DNA from: an uncultured delta proteobacterium
GTDB lineage: Bacteria; Myxococcota_A; UBA9160; SMWR01
Reading direction: 5' to 3'
Assembly: GCA_963832165.1 (NCBI GenBank)
Contig: CAWHTE010000011.1
Span: 224,001-288,000, forward strand
Length of the DNA stretch: 64,000 nt
The notes below the pieces were generated by a model. The model saw nothing but the letters and a program-made list of their open reading frames with translations. It was not told where the DNA came from and did not search any database. The position numbers and the translations under genes are program-made. Shown here piece by piece: positions 1 through 9,283 of this stretch. How positions within the stretch are numbered: position 1 is the first letter of the stretch; each line of letters starts with the position of its first letter.

Positions 1-634
1 AGCGATCGATGGCGAATATCTGCTTCTGACGCGCGGTCAGGAACGGATGCTGCCGTCGGAGAGCTTCCGTTCCGGCGCTCGCTGCGGCGGGGCTTGTCAG
101 TGGTCGGACTACGTATAAGTAACAGTTCAGGTGCGATTGGTGTTAATTCTACACGTGAGTTAGACACGCTAACGACACACTCACAACCCGACTCGCGACC
201 GCTGGCGCTGCGGAAGCAACCTCAGGGGAGCCAATGTCGAAGATGCGACGACGAGTTTCGAGCATCGGAATTCTGCGGCGTCGTGGATAGGTAGATTAAG
301 CTGGCTTCTCGCTGCGTCCGAGAAATCACGGCTCGTCGAATGACGCCAACTGATCGATATCCCAAGGTTCTTCCACCTCGGATCTATGCCCTGAGCGGAA
401 GGAAGCGGCGCAGCTTGCCGGCTTCGCGGTGGCGCTCGCGTCCCGCGATCTGCGCTAGGCGCCCGCGCGGCCGCACGAGCCTGGCCGCGGCGAGCGCTGC
501 GCACAGCGCGTCGCAGGACTCTGTCTCAGCGAGAGTGTCCGCTGCCACCCGCGCGCGCGACTCGTGTTAGTCCGTCGGCTCGGACGCAGCGTTCCGGGTT
601 TCGCCTCACTGAGTGCGGAGGTGTCGATGCGGCG

Positions 635-656
635 CAACTGGATTCGAATCCAGTTG
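635..656. repeat. Perfect 22-bp palindrome CAACTGGATTCGAATCCAGTTG in a long apparently non-coding region
   Basis: Sequence equals its own reverse complement; the hairpin can extend imperfectly to about 629-661. Confidence 0.85.
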
Positions 657-935
657 GTCGCTCCGCGCCCGCGGGTGATGCCGGCTGGTGCGGGCCCGAT
701 CGACTCGCGGCGCCGTGAGCTCGAATCCAGATCGAATGAAATCGCGGGCTTGGCCGCGATGACTCGGATTAGGCAGCCAATCCCCGCCGGCGAGCGCCTA
801 GCAGCAAGATGGGCCGCGAGCGCACCTGCGGGGACACGCCAGGATCAGCCAGGCGAGACGATCCCGGGCCAGGCCGCGCCTTGGGTGTCGAGGCGTGAGT
901 GCGACCAGGGGGGCCGCCCGCGGGAACGATGGATG

Positions 936-2201
936 CTAGTCCTCGAAGAACTTCACCAGCTGCTCCTCCTGAGCCGCCGCGTCGCGGTAGCCCAGATCGG
1001 CAAGCGGCTCGAGGAAGTCGCCGTCGAAGAGCAGATAGGAGAAGAGATCCGACTCGGCCGTTCGGCCCCCGGAGCGGAGCCCGCGCATTGCGAGCCGGAA
1101 CAGCGGTGAGCGCAGCCCCGCTTGCGGGATCGACTGCAGCACGTTGGCCGCGAGCGCGCCGAGGTCGGCCGAGGGGCGGATCACGAGATCCTCGATCACG
1201 CGGAATTTCTGGCCGCGATGGCTCTCGGATACTTCGTTGAGCCGGTCGAGATAGGTGGGACCGAATGCGGTTTCGCCGTCGCGGATCATCTCGTTCATCA
1301 CGCGCATGCGCGCGATGTCGCCGTCCATGTGGTCGAGCAGGATCGCGTTGAGCAGCTTCCCGAACAGGTAGAACGGGTTCCCATAATCTTCGACGCGGTG
1401 GGTCGCGAGCGTCGCCTCGGTGGCGGCCAGTGTGTGCCGGCGCAGCGCCACCACGAGCATGCGATCGGCGCCGAGCCGGATCGCGGGCGCGAGCGGCGTG
1501 TTCAGGCGCAGTCCGCCGTCGGCGTAGAAGGTGTTCGCGATCCGCACGGCCGGGAAGAGCAGCGGGATCGCCGCGCTCGCGAGCGCGTGCGTCGGGCGCA
1601 GATGGGTGAACTCGGGCACGAGCGAGGGGTCGCGCGTCCAGCCGGGCAGCTCGCGATCGCGCGACTCGAGGAACACGACCACGCGGCCCGTGGCGATCTC
1701 GGTGGCCGCGACCGCCACCGCCTGCACGTGTCCTTCGTTCACGTTGGCGCGGATCCGGCGCCACGGCACCGCGCGCACGACCATGCGCTCGAGCGCGCGC
1801 GTGTTGAGCATCCCGTAGATGCGGTCGGGCACGCTCGCGCCGCGCAGGAGCTCCGCCATCCGGCGCACGCCGATCACGCGACGCGCGAGGTCGAACATGT
1901 CGCGGCGCGAGAACGGCAGCACCTGCTCGATCTTCATCGTGCGCCAGAAGTCGACGAGCTGGATGCCGCGGGTCGGACCCTGCAGCGCCGTGGCGGCCAT
2001 GTAGCAGGCGTGGATCGCGCCGACCGACGTGCCGCACAGGATGTCGAAGGTTGGCGTGCGGCCGAGGCGCTTCGGAAGCTCCTCGACCAGATAGCGGACT
2101 ACGCCGGCTTCGTAGGCGCCGCGCGCGCCGCCCCCCGAGAACACGAGGGCACGGCGGGGCCGACGCTTCGCGTTCGGCTCCAGAAGGGTCCGCTCAGCCA
2201 A
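936..2201 (-). CDS. Patatin-like phospholipase
   Basis: Motifs SGGGARG, GTSVG (GxSxG) and DGG; probable TTG start at 2201 overlapping the efp stop. Confidence 0.9.
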   Translation of the reverse strand: MAERTLLEPNAKRRPRRALVFSGGGARGAYEAGVVRYLVEELPKRLGRTPTFDILCGTSVGAIHACYMAATALQGPTRGIQLVDFWRTMKIEQVLPFSRRDMFDLARRVIGVRRMAELLRGASVPDRIYGMLNTRALERMVVRAVPWRRIRANVNEGHVQAVAVAATEIATGRVVVFLESRDRELPGWTRDPSLVPEFTHLRPTHALASAAIPLLFPAVRIANTFYADGGLRLNTPLAPAIRLGADRMLVVALRRHTLAATEATLATHRVEDYGNPFYLFGKLLNAILLDHMDGDIARMRVMNEMIRDGETAFGPTYLDRLNEVSESHRGQKFRVIEDLVIRPSADLGALAANVLQSIPQAGLRSPLFRLAMRGLRSGGRTAESDLFSYLLFDGDFLEPLADLGYRDAAAQEEQLVKFFED

Positions 2202-2757
2202 CCCGCTCGACGTAGACGTTCGTGCGCGTGTCGACCCGGATGCTCTCGCCTTCCTTGACGAAGAGCGGCACCTGGACGACCGCGCCGGTCTCGAGCGTGG
2301 CGGGCTTGGTCGAGCCCGAGGCCGTATCACCCTTCAGGCCCGGGTCGCACTGCGACACCACCGCGATGATGAACGGCGGCAGCTCGATGTTGATCGGCTT
2401 GCCGCGCCAGAACACGACGTCGACGTCGAGGTTCTCTTTGAGGTACTTGCGCGCGTCGCCGATCTGCTCCTTCGTGAACGGGATCTGGTCGTAGGACTCC
2501 TGGTCCATGAAGATGAACTGCTCGCCGTCCTGGTAGAGGTACTGCATCTTCTTGTCCTCGACCTCGGCCTCGTCGAGTCGCTCGCCGGAGCGGAACGTGC
2601 GCTCGAGCACGCGGCCCGTGCGCAGATTCTTGATCTTCGTGCGCACGAACGCGCCGCCCTTGCCGGGCTTCACGTGCTGGAAGTAGGTCATCACGTACGG
2701 CTCGTTGTCGATCTCGACTTTGAGGCCGTTGCGAAACTGAGAGGTATCGACCGCCAT
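2194..2757 (-). CDS. efp: Translation elongation factor P
   Basis: HVKPGKGGAFVRTK, PGLKGDTASG and ATLETGAVVQVPLFV signatures; 187 aa. Confidence 0.98.
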   Translation of the reverse strand: MAVDTSQFRNGLKVEIDNEPYVMTYFQHVKPGKGGAFVRTKIKNLRTGRVLERTFRSGERLDEAEVEDKKMQYLYQDGEQFIFMDQESYDQIPFTKEQIGDARKYLKENLDVDVVFWRGKPINIELPPFIIAVVSQCDPGLKGDTASGSTKPATLETGAVVQVPLFVKEGESIRVDTRTNVYVERVG

Positions 2758-2828
2758 CGGGGCTCCTGAACGGGGTCGCGAAGTCTAGCGGCAACCCGGC
2801 GGAAAGGCTGGAGTAGCATCTCCCTACC

Positions 2829-3470
2829 TTGAGCCAGGACGTCGAGCGCTGGGTCGCGAAAGTCTTCGATCACCCGGGAGAGGGGCCCGAGTGGTACTGG
2901 GATCCCGACGCCGATCTCGCGGAGCCGGAGCCGTCCGTACGGGTCCATCTGCTCACCGAGCTGTTCCGCGACCCGGAACCGCATCTCTCGCGTTTCTCCG
3001 ACGCACAGCTCGGGCGTGGGCTCTGGTATCTGGGCAGCAACGCCTGCTCGTCGTACTCGCTCGCTCTGATCGACCCCAAAGTCGACCTCGAGGCGAGAGT
3101 GCGCTGCATCGACGCGGTTCCCGAGCTGTTCGCGCGGCTGTTTCAGCCGCGATGCGCGCCGGATCTCTCCCACGGCGTCACTGGGAGCCAGAATCCGCTC
3201 AACACGATCTGTTACATGTGGTGGGATCTCTTTCCGAGCTGGGGCACGCCGAAGAGTGAGATCGACGACTCCGCTCTCGCTGCGATGACGTCGATCCTGG
3301 CGCTCGACTCCCTTGCGTGTCAGGAGTCGGCGCTGCACGGACTCGGCCACTGGCATTCGGCCTATCCGGAGCGCGTCGGGGCTGCGATCGAGGGGTTCGT
3401 GCGGTCGGGCCGGCATCGCGAAGAGCTCGGCGCCTACGCCGCCGCTGCGCGGTGCGGATGTGTTCAATGA
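2829..3470 (+). CDS. Hypothetical protein (213 aa)
   Basis: Clean ORF with protein-like composition (ICYMWWD, CQESALHGLGH); first gene of a co-oriented run. Confidence 0.75.
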   Translation: MSQDVERWVAKVFDHPGEGPEWYWDPDADLAEPEPSVRVHLLTELFRDPEPHLSRFSDAQLGRGLWYLGSNACSSYSLALIDPKVDLEARVRCIDAVPELFARLFQPRCAPDLSHGVTGSQNPLNTICYMWWDLFPSWGTPKSEIDDSALAAMTSILALDSLACQESALHGLGHWHSAYPERVGAAIEGFVRSGRHREELGAYAAAARCGCVQ

Positions 3471-3491
3471 TGCCACCCCAATGGAGGTGCG

Positions 3492-4232
3492 ATGAGCCGC
3501 GAACAGATCGAGATCCGAACCCGGGACGGCGAGTGCCGCACGTCCGTGTTCAAGCCCGACGGGGCCGGCCGCTGGCCCGCCGTGATCTTCTATATGGATG
3601 GGCTCGGAATCCGGCCCGCGCTCTACGACATGTGCGAGCGGATCGCTGGCTTCGGCTGCGTCGTTCTGCTGCCGGACATGTTCTATCGCGCGGGTCCCTA
3701 CGAGCCGCTCGATCCGAAGGCCGTGTTCGCGATGGGCGACTTCCGCAAGGCGCTGGCGCATCTGCTCGGCTCGACCGACAACGAGCGCTCCGCGCAGGAC
3801 ACTGCGGCCTTCCTGGCCCATCTCGATTCGCGCAGCGACGTGCTCGGCAGGAAGGTGGGCACGACCGGCTACTGCATGGGCGGTGCGATGTCGCTCACTG
3901 CGGCGGGCACCTATCCCGATCGGATCGCCGCGGCCGCGAGCTTCCACGGCGGCAACCTCGCCACCGATTCGCCGCAGAGCCCCCATCGGCTCGCGCCCAA
4001 GATGAAGGGCTTCGTCTACGTGGCCGGCGCCGACAAGGACAACTCCTATCCCCCGGAGATGCATGCGCTGCTGGAGAAGACGCTCTCCGACGCGGGCGTG
4101 CCGCATCGCTGCGAGATCTATCCCGATGCGCTGCACGGCTGGACGATGGCGGACTTCCCGATCTACAAGCCGGACGCGGCCGAGCGCCACTTCAGCGAAC
4201 TGCGTACCCTGTTTGCGGAGTGGCTGCATTGA
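3492..4232 (+). CDS. Dienelactone hydrolase family protein
   Basis: GYCMGG nucleophile motif, ASFHGG, YPDALHGW; GGAGG RBS upstream. Confidence 0.93.
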   Translation: MSREQIEIRTRDGECRTSVFKPDGAGRWPAVIFYMDGLGIRPALYDMCERIAGFGCVVLLPDMFYRAGPYEPLDPKAVFAMGDFRKALAHLLGSTDNERSAQDTAAFLAHLDSRSDVLGRKVGTTGYCMGGAMSLTAAGTYPDRIAAAASFHGGNLATDSPQSPHRLAPKMKGFVYVAGADKDNSYPPEMHALLEKTLSDAGVPHRCEIYPDALHGWTMADFPIYKPDAAERHFSELRTLFAEWLH

Positions 4233-5089
4233 ATCTCCGGGTAGAGCCCACCGACGCGACGCTCGGCGCCGTGATCACGGGCGTGCGGATCGCCGCGCTC
4301 GACGACACCGAGTGGCGCGCGATCGAGACCGCGTTCCACGAGCACGCGGTGTTGATCTTTCCGGATCAGCACCCGAGTCAAGACGAGCAGGTGGCGTTCG
4401 GGCGCCGGTTCGGCGAGCTCGATTCGCTCGTCGCGAAGACAGGCACCGTCCCGATCAGCAATCGGCTTCCGAATGGTCGGATGCTCGAGGACGCCAACCC
4501 GATCAAGCAGATCCTGCTCGGCAACGAGGGCTGGCACACCGACAGCTCGTACATGCCCGTGTCCGCGCGCGCCTCGCTGCTCTCGGCCGAGGTCGTGACC
4601 GAAGAGGGCGGCGAGACCGAATGGGCGGACATGCGTTCCGCGTGGGACGCGCTCGATGCGCCCACGCGCGAGCGCGTCGCGGATCTCGCCGCCTATCACT
4701 CGATCAAGTACTCGCAGGCGCGCGCGGGCCTGGACGCGCCGGCCTTCGCGTACGGATACGAGATCGAGGTGAAGGACGCGCCGCTGCGCCCGCTCGTGAA
4801 GGTGCACCCGGTGACGGGCCGCTCGGCTCTGTTCATCGGCCGTCACGCGTTCGGCATTCCGGGCCTCGCGCGCGAGGAATCCGAGAAGCTGCTCGACGAG
4901 CTGCTCGCGTTCGCGTGCCGGCCGCCGCGCGTGCTGCAGCATCGCTGGCAGCCCGGCGACCTCGCGATCTGGGACAACCGCTGCGTGCTGCACCGCGCGC
5001 GCCCCTACGACCCGAACGTGCCGCGCGTGCTGTACCACACGCGGATCGCGGGAGATCCCGCGACGGAGTCGGGCCTGGCCCAGCGATAG
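4229..5089 (+). CDS. TauD/TfdA family 2-oxoglutarate/Fe(II) dioxygenase
   Basis: WHTDSS (HxD) and WDNRCVLHRA; TTG start overlapping the upstream stop. Confidence 0.92.
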   Translation: MNLRVEPTDATLGAVITGVRIAALDDTEWRAIETAFHEHAVLIFPDQHPSQDEQVAFGRRFGELDSLVAKTGTVPISNRLPNGRMLEDANPIKQILLGNEGWHTDSSYMPVSARASLLSAEVVTEEGGETEWADMRSAWDALDAPTRERVADLAAYHSIKYSQARAGLDAPAFAYGYEIEVKDAPLRPLVKVHPVTGRSALFIGRHAFGIPGLAREESEKLLDELLAFACRPPRVLQHRWQPGDLAIWDNRCVLHRARPYDPNVPRVLYHTRIAGDPATESGLAQR

Positions 5090-5097
5090 GAGGTGGG

Positions 5098-5481
5098 ATG
5101 CCGCGCTACACCGCGATCGTCACGCTGCTCGCCGTGATGCTGTACTTCTTCGCCGCGACGCGCGTCTCGGGGGCGCGGGCCAGGTACGGGGTGAAGCTGC
5201 CCGCCATTGCGGGTCACCCCGATTTCGAGCGCGTGTTCCGCGTGCACATGAACATGCTCGAGTGGATGCCGATCTTCCTGCCGCTGCTCTGGCTCTGCGC
5301 GATCTACTGGAGCGACGGCGTCGCTGCACTGCTCGGGGTCGCGTGGCTGGTGGGCCGCGCGTTCTACCTCGTCGGCTACAGCGAAGCCGTGGAGAAGCGT
5401 CTGCCCGGCTTCTTCATCCAGGCGATGGCGTGCATCCTGCTCTTGATCGGCGCGATCGTCGGTATCGTCATGCGCTTCTAG
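5098..5481 (+). CDS. MAPEG family membrane protein
   Basis: FERVFRVHMNMLE motif, hydrophobic helices, AGGAGG RBS. Confidence 0.9.
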   Translation: MPRYTAIVTLLAVMLYFFAATRVSGARARYGVKLPAIAGHPDFERVFRVHMNMLEWMPIFLPLLWLCAIYWSDGVAALLGVAWLVGRAFYLVGYSEAVEKRLPGFFIQAMACILLLIGAIVGIVMRF

Positions 5482-5520
5482 CGCTTGCCGAGATCGGATC
5501 CTGCCCTCACGCGGGTACGG

Positions 5521-5538
5521 GTTTGGCTCTGAGGGAAG
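5521..5538. repeat. Left imperfect inverted repeat of the RAYT-like locus (GTTTGGCTCTGAGGGAAG)
   Basis: Matches the reverse complement of 6397-6415 with one gap and one mismatch; 5530-5538 also pairs with 5553-5561 as a 9-bp stem. Confidence 0.6.
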
Positions 5539-5606
5539 TGACTGTTCGATCCCTTCCCTCAACGCCTGACAGCCGGGCGATTCGAGCAGGACCATGAGCG
5601 TGAGAT

Positions 5607-6281
5607 CTAGGCGCTCCCAGGCACCTCCGCGGGATCCACCAACCCGCGCCGTCGCCATCCTTCCCTCAAGAGCCAGTACCGCGGTGGCGCCACCGGCCGT
5701 GGGCCTTTCCGCTCCGCGATCGGCGGCGGCCGCTTCCATCCATCGAACCAGGCGCCGGACGAAGCGATGTCGAGCACCACGGGCGGAGGGGCTCCGTTCC
5801 GCTGGCGCCAGTGCTTGCGCGCATTCAAGAGCACGTAGGCGAGCGCATTCCGTACTTCGCGCGGGGTGCGCAGCACGCGCAGGTGATAGCGGCCGAAGAG
5901 GACGGGGCCTTTGCGCTCGAACACACGGTTCACGGTCCGCGCGAGCCGGATCCCCACCGACTTCATCCCCCGTCCGAGCGCCTCCTTGCCGGCGGCCTCC
6001 ACCACCAGGTGCACGTGGTCGCGCTGGATCGAGTAGTGGCAGACCCGGAAGTCGCCGCGTTCGCTGCCGCGGCCCAGCCGAGCCTGGAATTCGCGAAGAA
6101 AACGGCGACTGCGCAATGAGGGAACATCACGCTGCATTCGCAGCGTGATGTGGGCCGGACTGCCGCGCGGCACTTTCGGCCGCTGGACGTGATGCACGGG
6201 CGGCCTCTTCGAGGTCGGCTTGCGTCCCGCGCCTTTGCGCTTTCCACCGTGGCCGCGGAACTTCAGCTCGATCTGCTTCAT
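5607..6281 (-). mobile_element. HUH (Y1) tyrosine transposase, REP-associated (RAYT)/IS200-like
   Basis: HITLR, YSIQRDHVHLVVE (HUH), LFGRYH and ALAYVLLN (catalytic Tyr); N-terminal HGGKRKGAGRKP; no tnpB adjacent. Confidence 0.88.
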
Positions 6282-6288
6282 GTACTTG

Positions 6289-6317
6289 AATATAGCTGTA
6301 TTTGTATGTTATTTCAA
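6289..6317 (-). promoter_or_regulatory. Sigma70-type promoter of the transposase (TTGAAA-N17-TATATT), probably leaderless
   Basis: AT-rich island; -35 at 6312-6317 and -10 at 6289-6294 with 17-nt spacing; only 7 nt separate the -10 from the ATG; no SD. Confidence 0.7.
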
Positions 6318-6396
6318 ACGTCGCCGCGAGACCTACAAACAACGCCGACTGGCGCCCCGGCTGCTTCGAATGGCCGATGGAGAACCGCCCCGACTC

Positions 6397-6415
6397 CTTC
6401 CCTAAGAGCCCAAAC
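6397..6415. repeat. Right imperfect inverted repeat of the RAYT-like locus (CTTCCCTAAGAGCCCAAAC)
   Basis: Near reverse complement of 5521-5538; related copy at 5659-5675 inside the gene. Confidence 0.6.
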
Positions 6416-6515
6416 AGCGCTCCGAATCTGCTGCGAGGCGCGAGAACCTCCGTGAGAGGCGGATTCGTCTCGGGAGTTGCCTCGGCGCCTGGCGGTACCT
6501 CGGCTCCGGAGCGGC

Positions 6516-7108
6516 TTAACTCGCGCGTCGCGTCCGCGAGCACAGCGCGATCAGGCCGAGTGCGATCAGCAATCCGGTCCCGGGCTCCGGAATCACCTGG
6601 AAGAACGTATTTGGATGATCAGTTGCGCGCCGGGCCCCTCGCTGAGGCCGAAGAAGTAGAGCTCGTTTCCGGCCGCGTCGGACCACTCGATGTTGTAGAG
6701 CCCGGGCGCACCCGCCGTGGCGGTCAGGGTCGCGAGCGTCTGCTCGAGCGGATTCATACCGAGCTGGTTGGGGAAGGCGATGTGGTTGATGATCCAGCAC
6801 TCGCCGGGATCGATCATCGGGGAGTCGGCATCGCACCCGAGGACGCCCGCGATCCAGTCCTCGGAAGCTCCCGTCGTGGGCCCGAGCGAGATCACGCTCG
6901 GATCGATCAGCGCGGCGGGGTTGAACACGAGCGATGCGAACAGCCCGAAATCGGTCGCACCACCGGAATTTCCGACTGTCGTGATCGTGACCGTCTCGCC
7001 GGGCGCGTAGAACGGCTTGTCCGTCGTAACCGTGAGCGTGGCCAGGGCGTCGGCGCGGGCGGCAAAGATCAGTCCGAAAGAGATCGCGAGGTAACGAAAC
7101 GAGCGCAT
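6516..7108 (-). CDS. PEP-CTERM sorting domain protein (1-nt frameshift near 6612)
   Basis: Signal peptide MRSFRYLAISFGLIFAARADALA with GAGGAG RBS; the C-terminus VIPEPGTGLLIALGLIALCSRTRR lies in the adjacent frame. Confidence 0.85.
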
Positions 7109-7169
7109 GGCCGCTCCTCTTCGGATACCCATTCCCGAGTGATCATCTGACCAGAGCGCGATCGACGAG

Positions 7170-8189
7170 TCAAGCCTGGGCGGACGACGCCGTCTCGAGC
7201 CGCAGCGAGCCGTCGCCCTCGCGCGCGAGGCCGATCCGGTCGCCCGCGCGGAAGTCGAGCTCGCGCTCGGCGCGGCGCGTGTCGAGCGTGAAGCCGTGGC
7301 GCAGCGCCGCACCGCGGAACGGCACCGCGTGTGCACCGAGGCCGAGCAGCCGCGCACTCACGCTGGCCCAGCCGAGCAGCGCATGGGGCACCGGCAACGC
7401 GCGCCGCCCGGTCCACCGTGCGAGCACCGAGAGCGGAACCGCCTCGCGCCCTGCAACGTTGTAGATCCCCGAGCGGCGCGCGTGCACCGCAGCCTGGATC
7501 GCACGGGCGACATCCTTGTCCGAGATCAGGGCGCAGATCGGATCGAAGCCGAGCGCGCGCGCGCTCGGCGCACGAACCGGCAGCGCGGGATTCATGTACG
7601 CGAAGCCGCCCGCCGCCACCACGGTAGGCGCGCGCAGCAGCACGACGCGCACGCGCTCGTTGTGCAGCTCGGCGTGCACGATCATGTCGGCGTCGATCCA
7701 CGTGCGGATCTCCGCGGGCACGTTCGGGTCGAGGTCGAGCTCGCTCTCCTCGGTGAAGCGGTTCGCATTGCCGGGGTGGAGCTTGTAGACGTACGCGCTG
7801 CCGAGCGCGACGAGGTGGGTCACGCTGGAGACTTCGAGGCAGTGCTGCACGACGAGGCGCGTCTCGGCGGTGCGCTCGGAGAGCCCCGCTACGAGCGGAG
7901 CGGGCGCCTCGGGCGCGGTGCCGTGGCGCGGTAGATGGACGACGGTGTCGATCTCGGCGGCGCGGAACGCCGCAGAATGGAACAGGTCGCTCGCGGCGCG
8001 GTGCTTGGCCAGGTCGACGCGCGCGTAGCTCACGGCGGGACCCTCGCCCGCGAGATAGCGGTCGAACGAGCGCGGCGTCGGTCCGTCGCCGACCGCGAAG
8101 ATCGCATCGACGCGCTGATCGTGGAACATCCGCTTCACCACGCGCCGGCCGATCGGCTCATCCGCGTGGGTGATCAGGACACGCGTCAC
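7170..8189 (-). CDS. NAD-dependent epimerase/dehydratase-like (degenerate SDR) protein
   Basis: VLITHADEPIG, VVHL, SAYVY, GFDP and GIYNVAG; GTG start overlapping the upstream stop; Gly-rich and YxxxK motifs are degenerate. Confidence 0.85.
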   Translation of the reverse strand: MTRVLITHADEPIGRRVVKRMFHDQRVDAIFAVGDGPTPRSFDRYLAGEGPAVSYARVDLAKHRAASDLFHSAAFRAAEIDTVVHLPRHGTAPEAPAPLVAGLSERTAETRLVVQHCLEVSSVTHLVALGSAYVYKLHPGNANRFTEESELDLDPNVPAEIRTWIDADMIVHAELHNERVRVVLLRAPTVVAAGGFAYMNPALPVRAPSARALGFDPICALISDKDVARAIQAAVHARRSGIYNVAGREAVPLSVLARWTGRRALPVPHALLGWASVSARLLGLGAHAVPFRGAALRHGFTLDTRRAERELDFRAGDRIGLAREGDGSLRLETASSAQA

Positions 8190-9283
8190 CCGCGGTTCCG
8201 ATCGACGAGCTGCTGCACCGCGCGGCGCACCTGACGGGCGAGGTAATGCACCAGCCGCGCGTCGTCGGCGCCCTCGGCGCCGAACTTCTCGTGGAACAGG
8301 AGCGGCTCGCCGTAGACGATCTTGTAACGCACGGGGTACGGGAGCAGGCCGAGCGGCCCGAGCCACGGGAACGTGGGAGTGATCGGCGCCACGGGCAGAC
8401 CCAACGCGCGCGCGAGCGGCTTCAGGTTGTAGAGGATCGGTGTCTGGTCGTCGCTGCCGATCACCGCCATCGGCACGATCGGCGCACCCGCGCGCAGCGC
8501 CTGCTCGACGAAGCCGACGTGGAAGTTCTGCAGCCGGTAGCGGTGCGTGATGGTCTTGCGGATTCCGTCGATCCCCTCCGGAAACACGAGCACGAGCTGA
8601 TCGTCGTCGAGCAGGTCGGCGAAGTTCTCGCGCGTGCCGACCACCTGACCCACGCGCGCGTAGAACACGCTCACGAACGGCAGGTCGCCGGCCCAGCGGT
8701 CGACGATCGCGCGCGCGAGGCGCGGCGGATCGGTGTGCAGCAGGATGTCGACGATGCTCATCGCGCCGTCGAACGGCAACAGACCCGCGTGGTTCGCGGC
8801 GAGCACCGCACGCCCGCGCTCGGGCAGGTGCTCGTGGCCATGGCTCTCGACGCGGAAGTAGTACTTGTAGAGCGCGTGGAACCACGGCAGCGCGCGCCGC
8901 GAGACATCGGGCGAGAATCCGAAGCGATCGTACGGGCTCTCGCCCTCGACCAGGTGTGCGATCGACGCGAGCGCGCGCCGCGCGCGCTCGGGCAGCAGGC
9001 GGTCGAGCAGTCCGGTCTCGTCGCCGAGCTCGATCTCGGAAAGCGTGGGCGTGGTGCTGGGCCGCGGCGGCAGCACGCGTCGGCGTTGCTCGGGGCGCAA
9101 CTTCGACTCGCCGCGCACCGCCCGCAGCCGGGGCGACGGGCGGCGCTCGAGCTCGTCGAGCCGCCTCTCGAGCGGATCGGGGAGCGCGGTCTCGACGAAC
9201 GGATCGCGCTCGAGCGTGAATCCCGCGGTGCCTTCGACACCGTTGGTTCCGCCCTTGATCGCGTGCATGCTCGATTCACTCAT
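8186..9283 (-). CDS. Lysophospholipid/glycerol acyltransferase (PlsC-like) with N-terminal extension
   Basis: NHAGLLPFD (HX-D block), VFPEG, YDRFG. Confidence 0.92.
   Translation of the reverse strand: MSESSMHAIKGGTNGVEGTAGFTLERDPFVETALPDPLERRLDELERRPSPRLRAVRGESKLRPEQRRRVLPPRPSTTPTLSEIELGDETGLLDRLLPERARRALASIAHLVEGESPYDRFGFSPDVSRRALPWFHALYKYYFRVESHGHEHLPERGRAVLAANHAGLLPFDGAMSIVDILLHTDPPRLARAIVDRWAGDLPFVSVFYARVGQVVGTRENFADLLDDDQLVLVFPEGIDGIRKTITHRYRLQNFHVGFVEQALRAGAPIVPMAVIGSDDQTPILYNLKPLARALGLPVAPITPTFPWLGPLGLLPYPVRYKIVYGEPLLFHEKFGAEGADDARLVHYLARQVRRAVQQLVDRNRG

Noticed and set aside
1..60. Minus-strand peptide LTARQKQIF resembling a LexA/LuxR N-terminus
   Set aside because: No start codon before an in-frame stop, and too little sequence inside the window to judge.
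385..412. CGGAAGGAAGCGGC resembling SRP RNA domain IV
   Set aside because: The required upstream CAGGTCC half and the closing stem around GGAA are missing.
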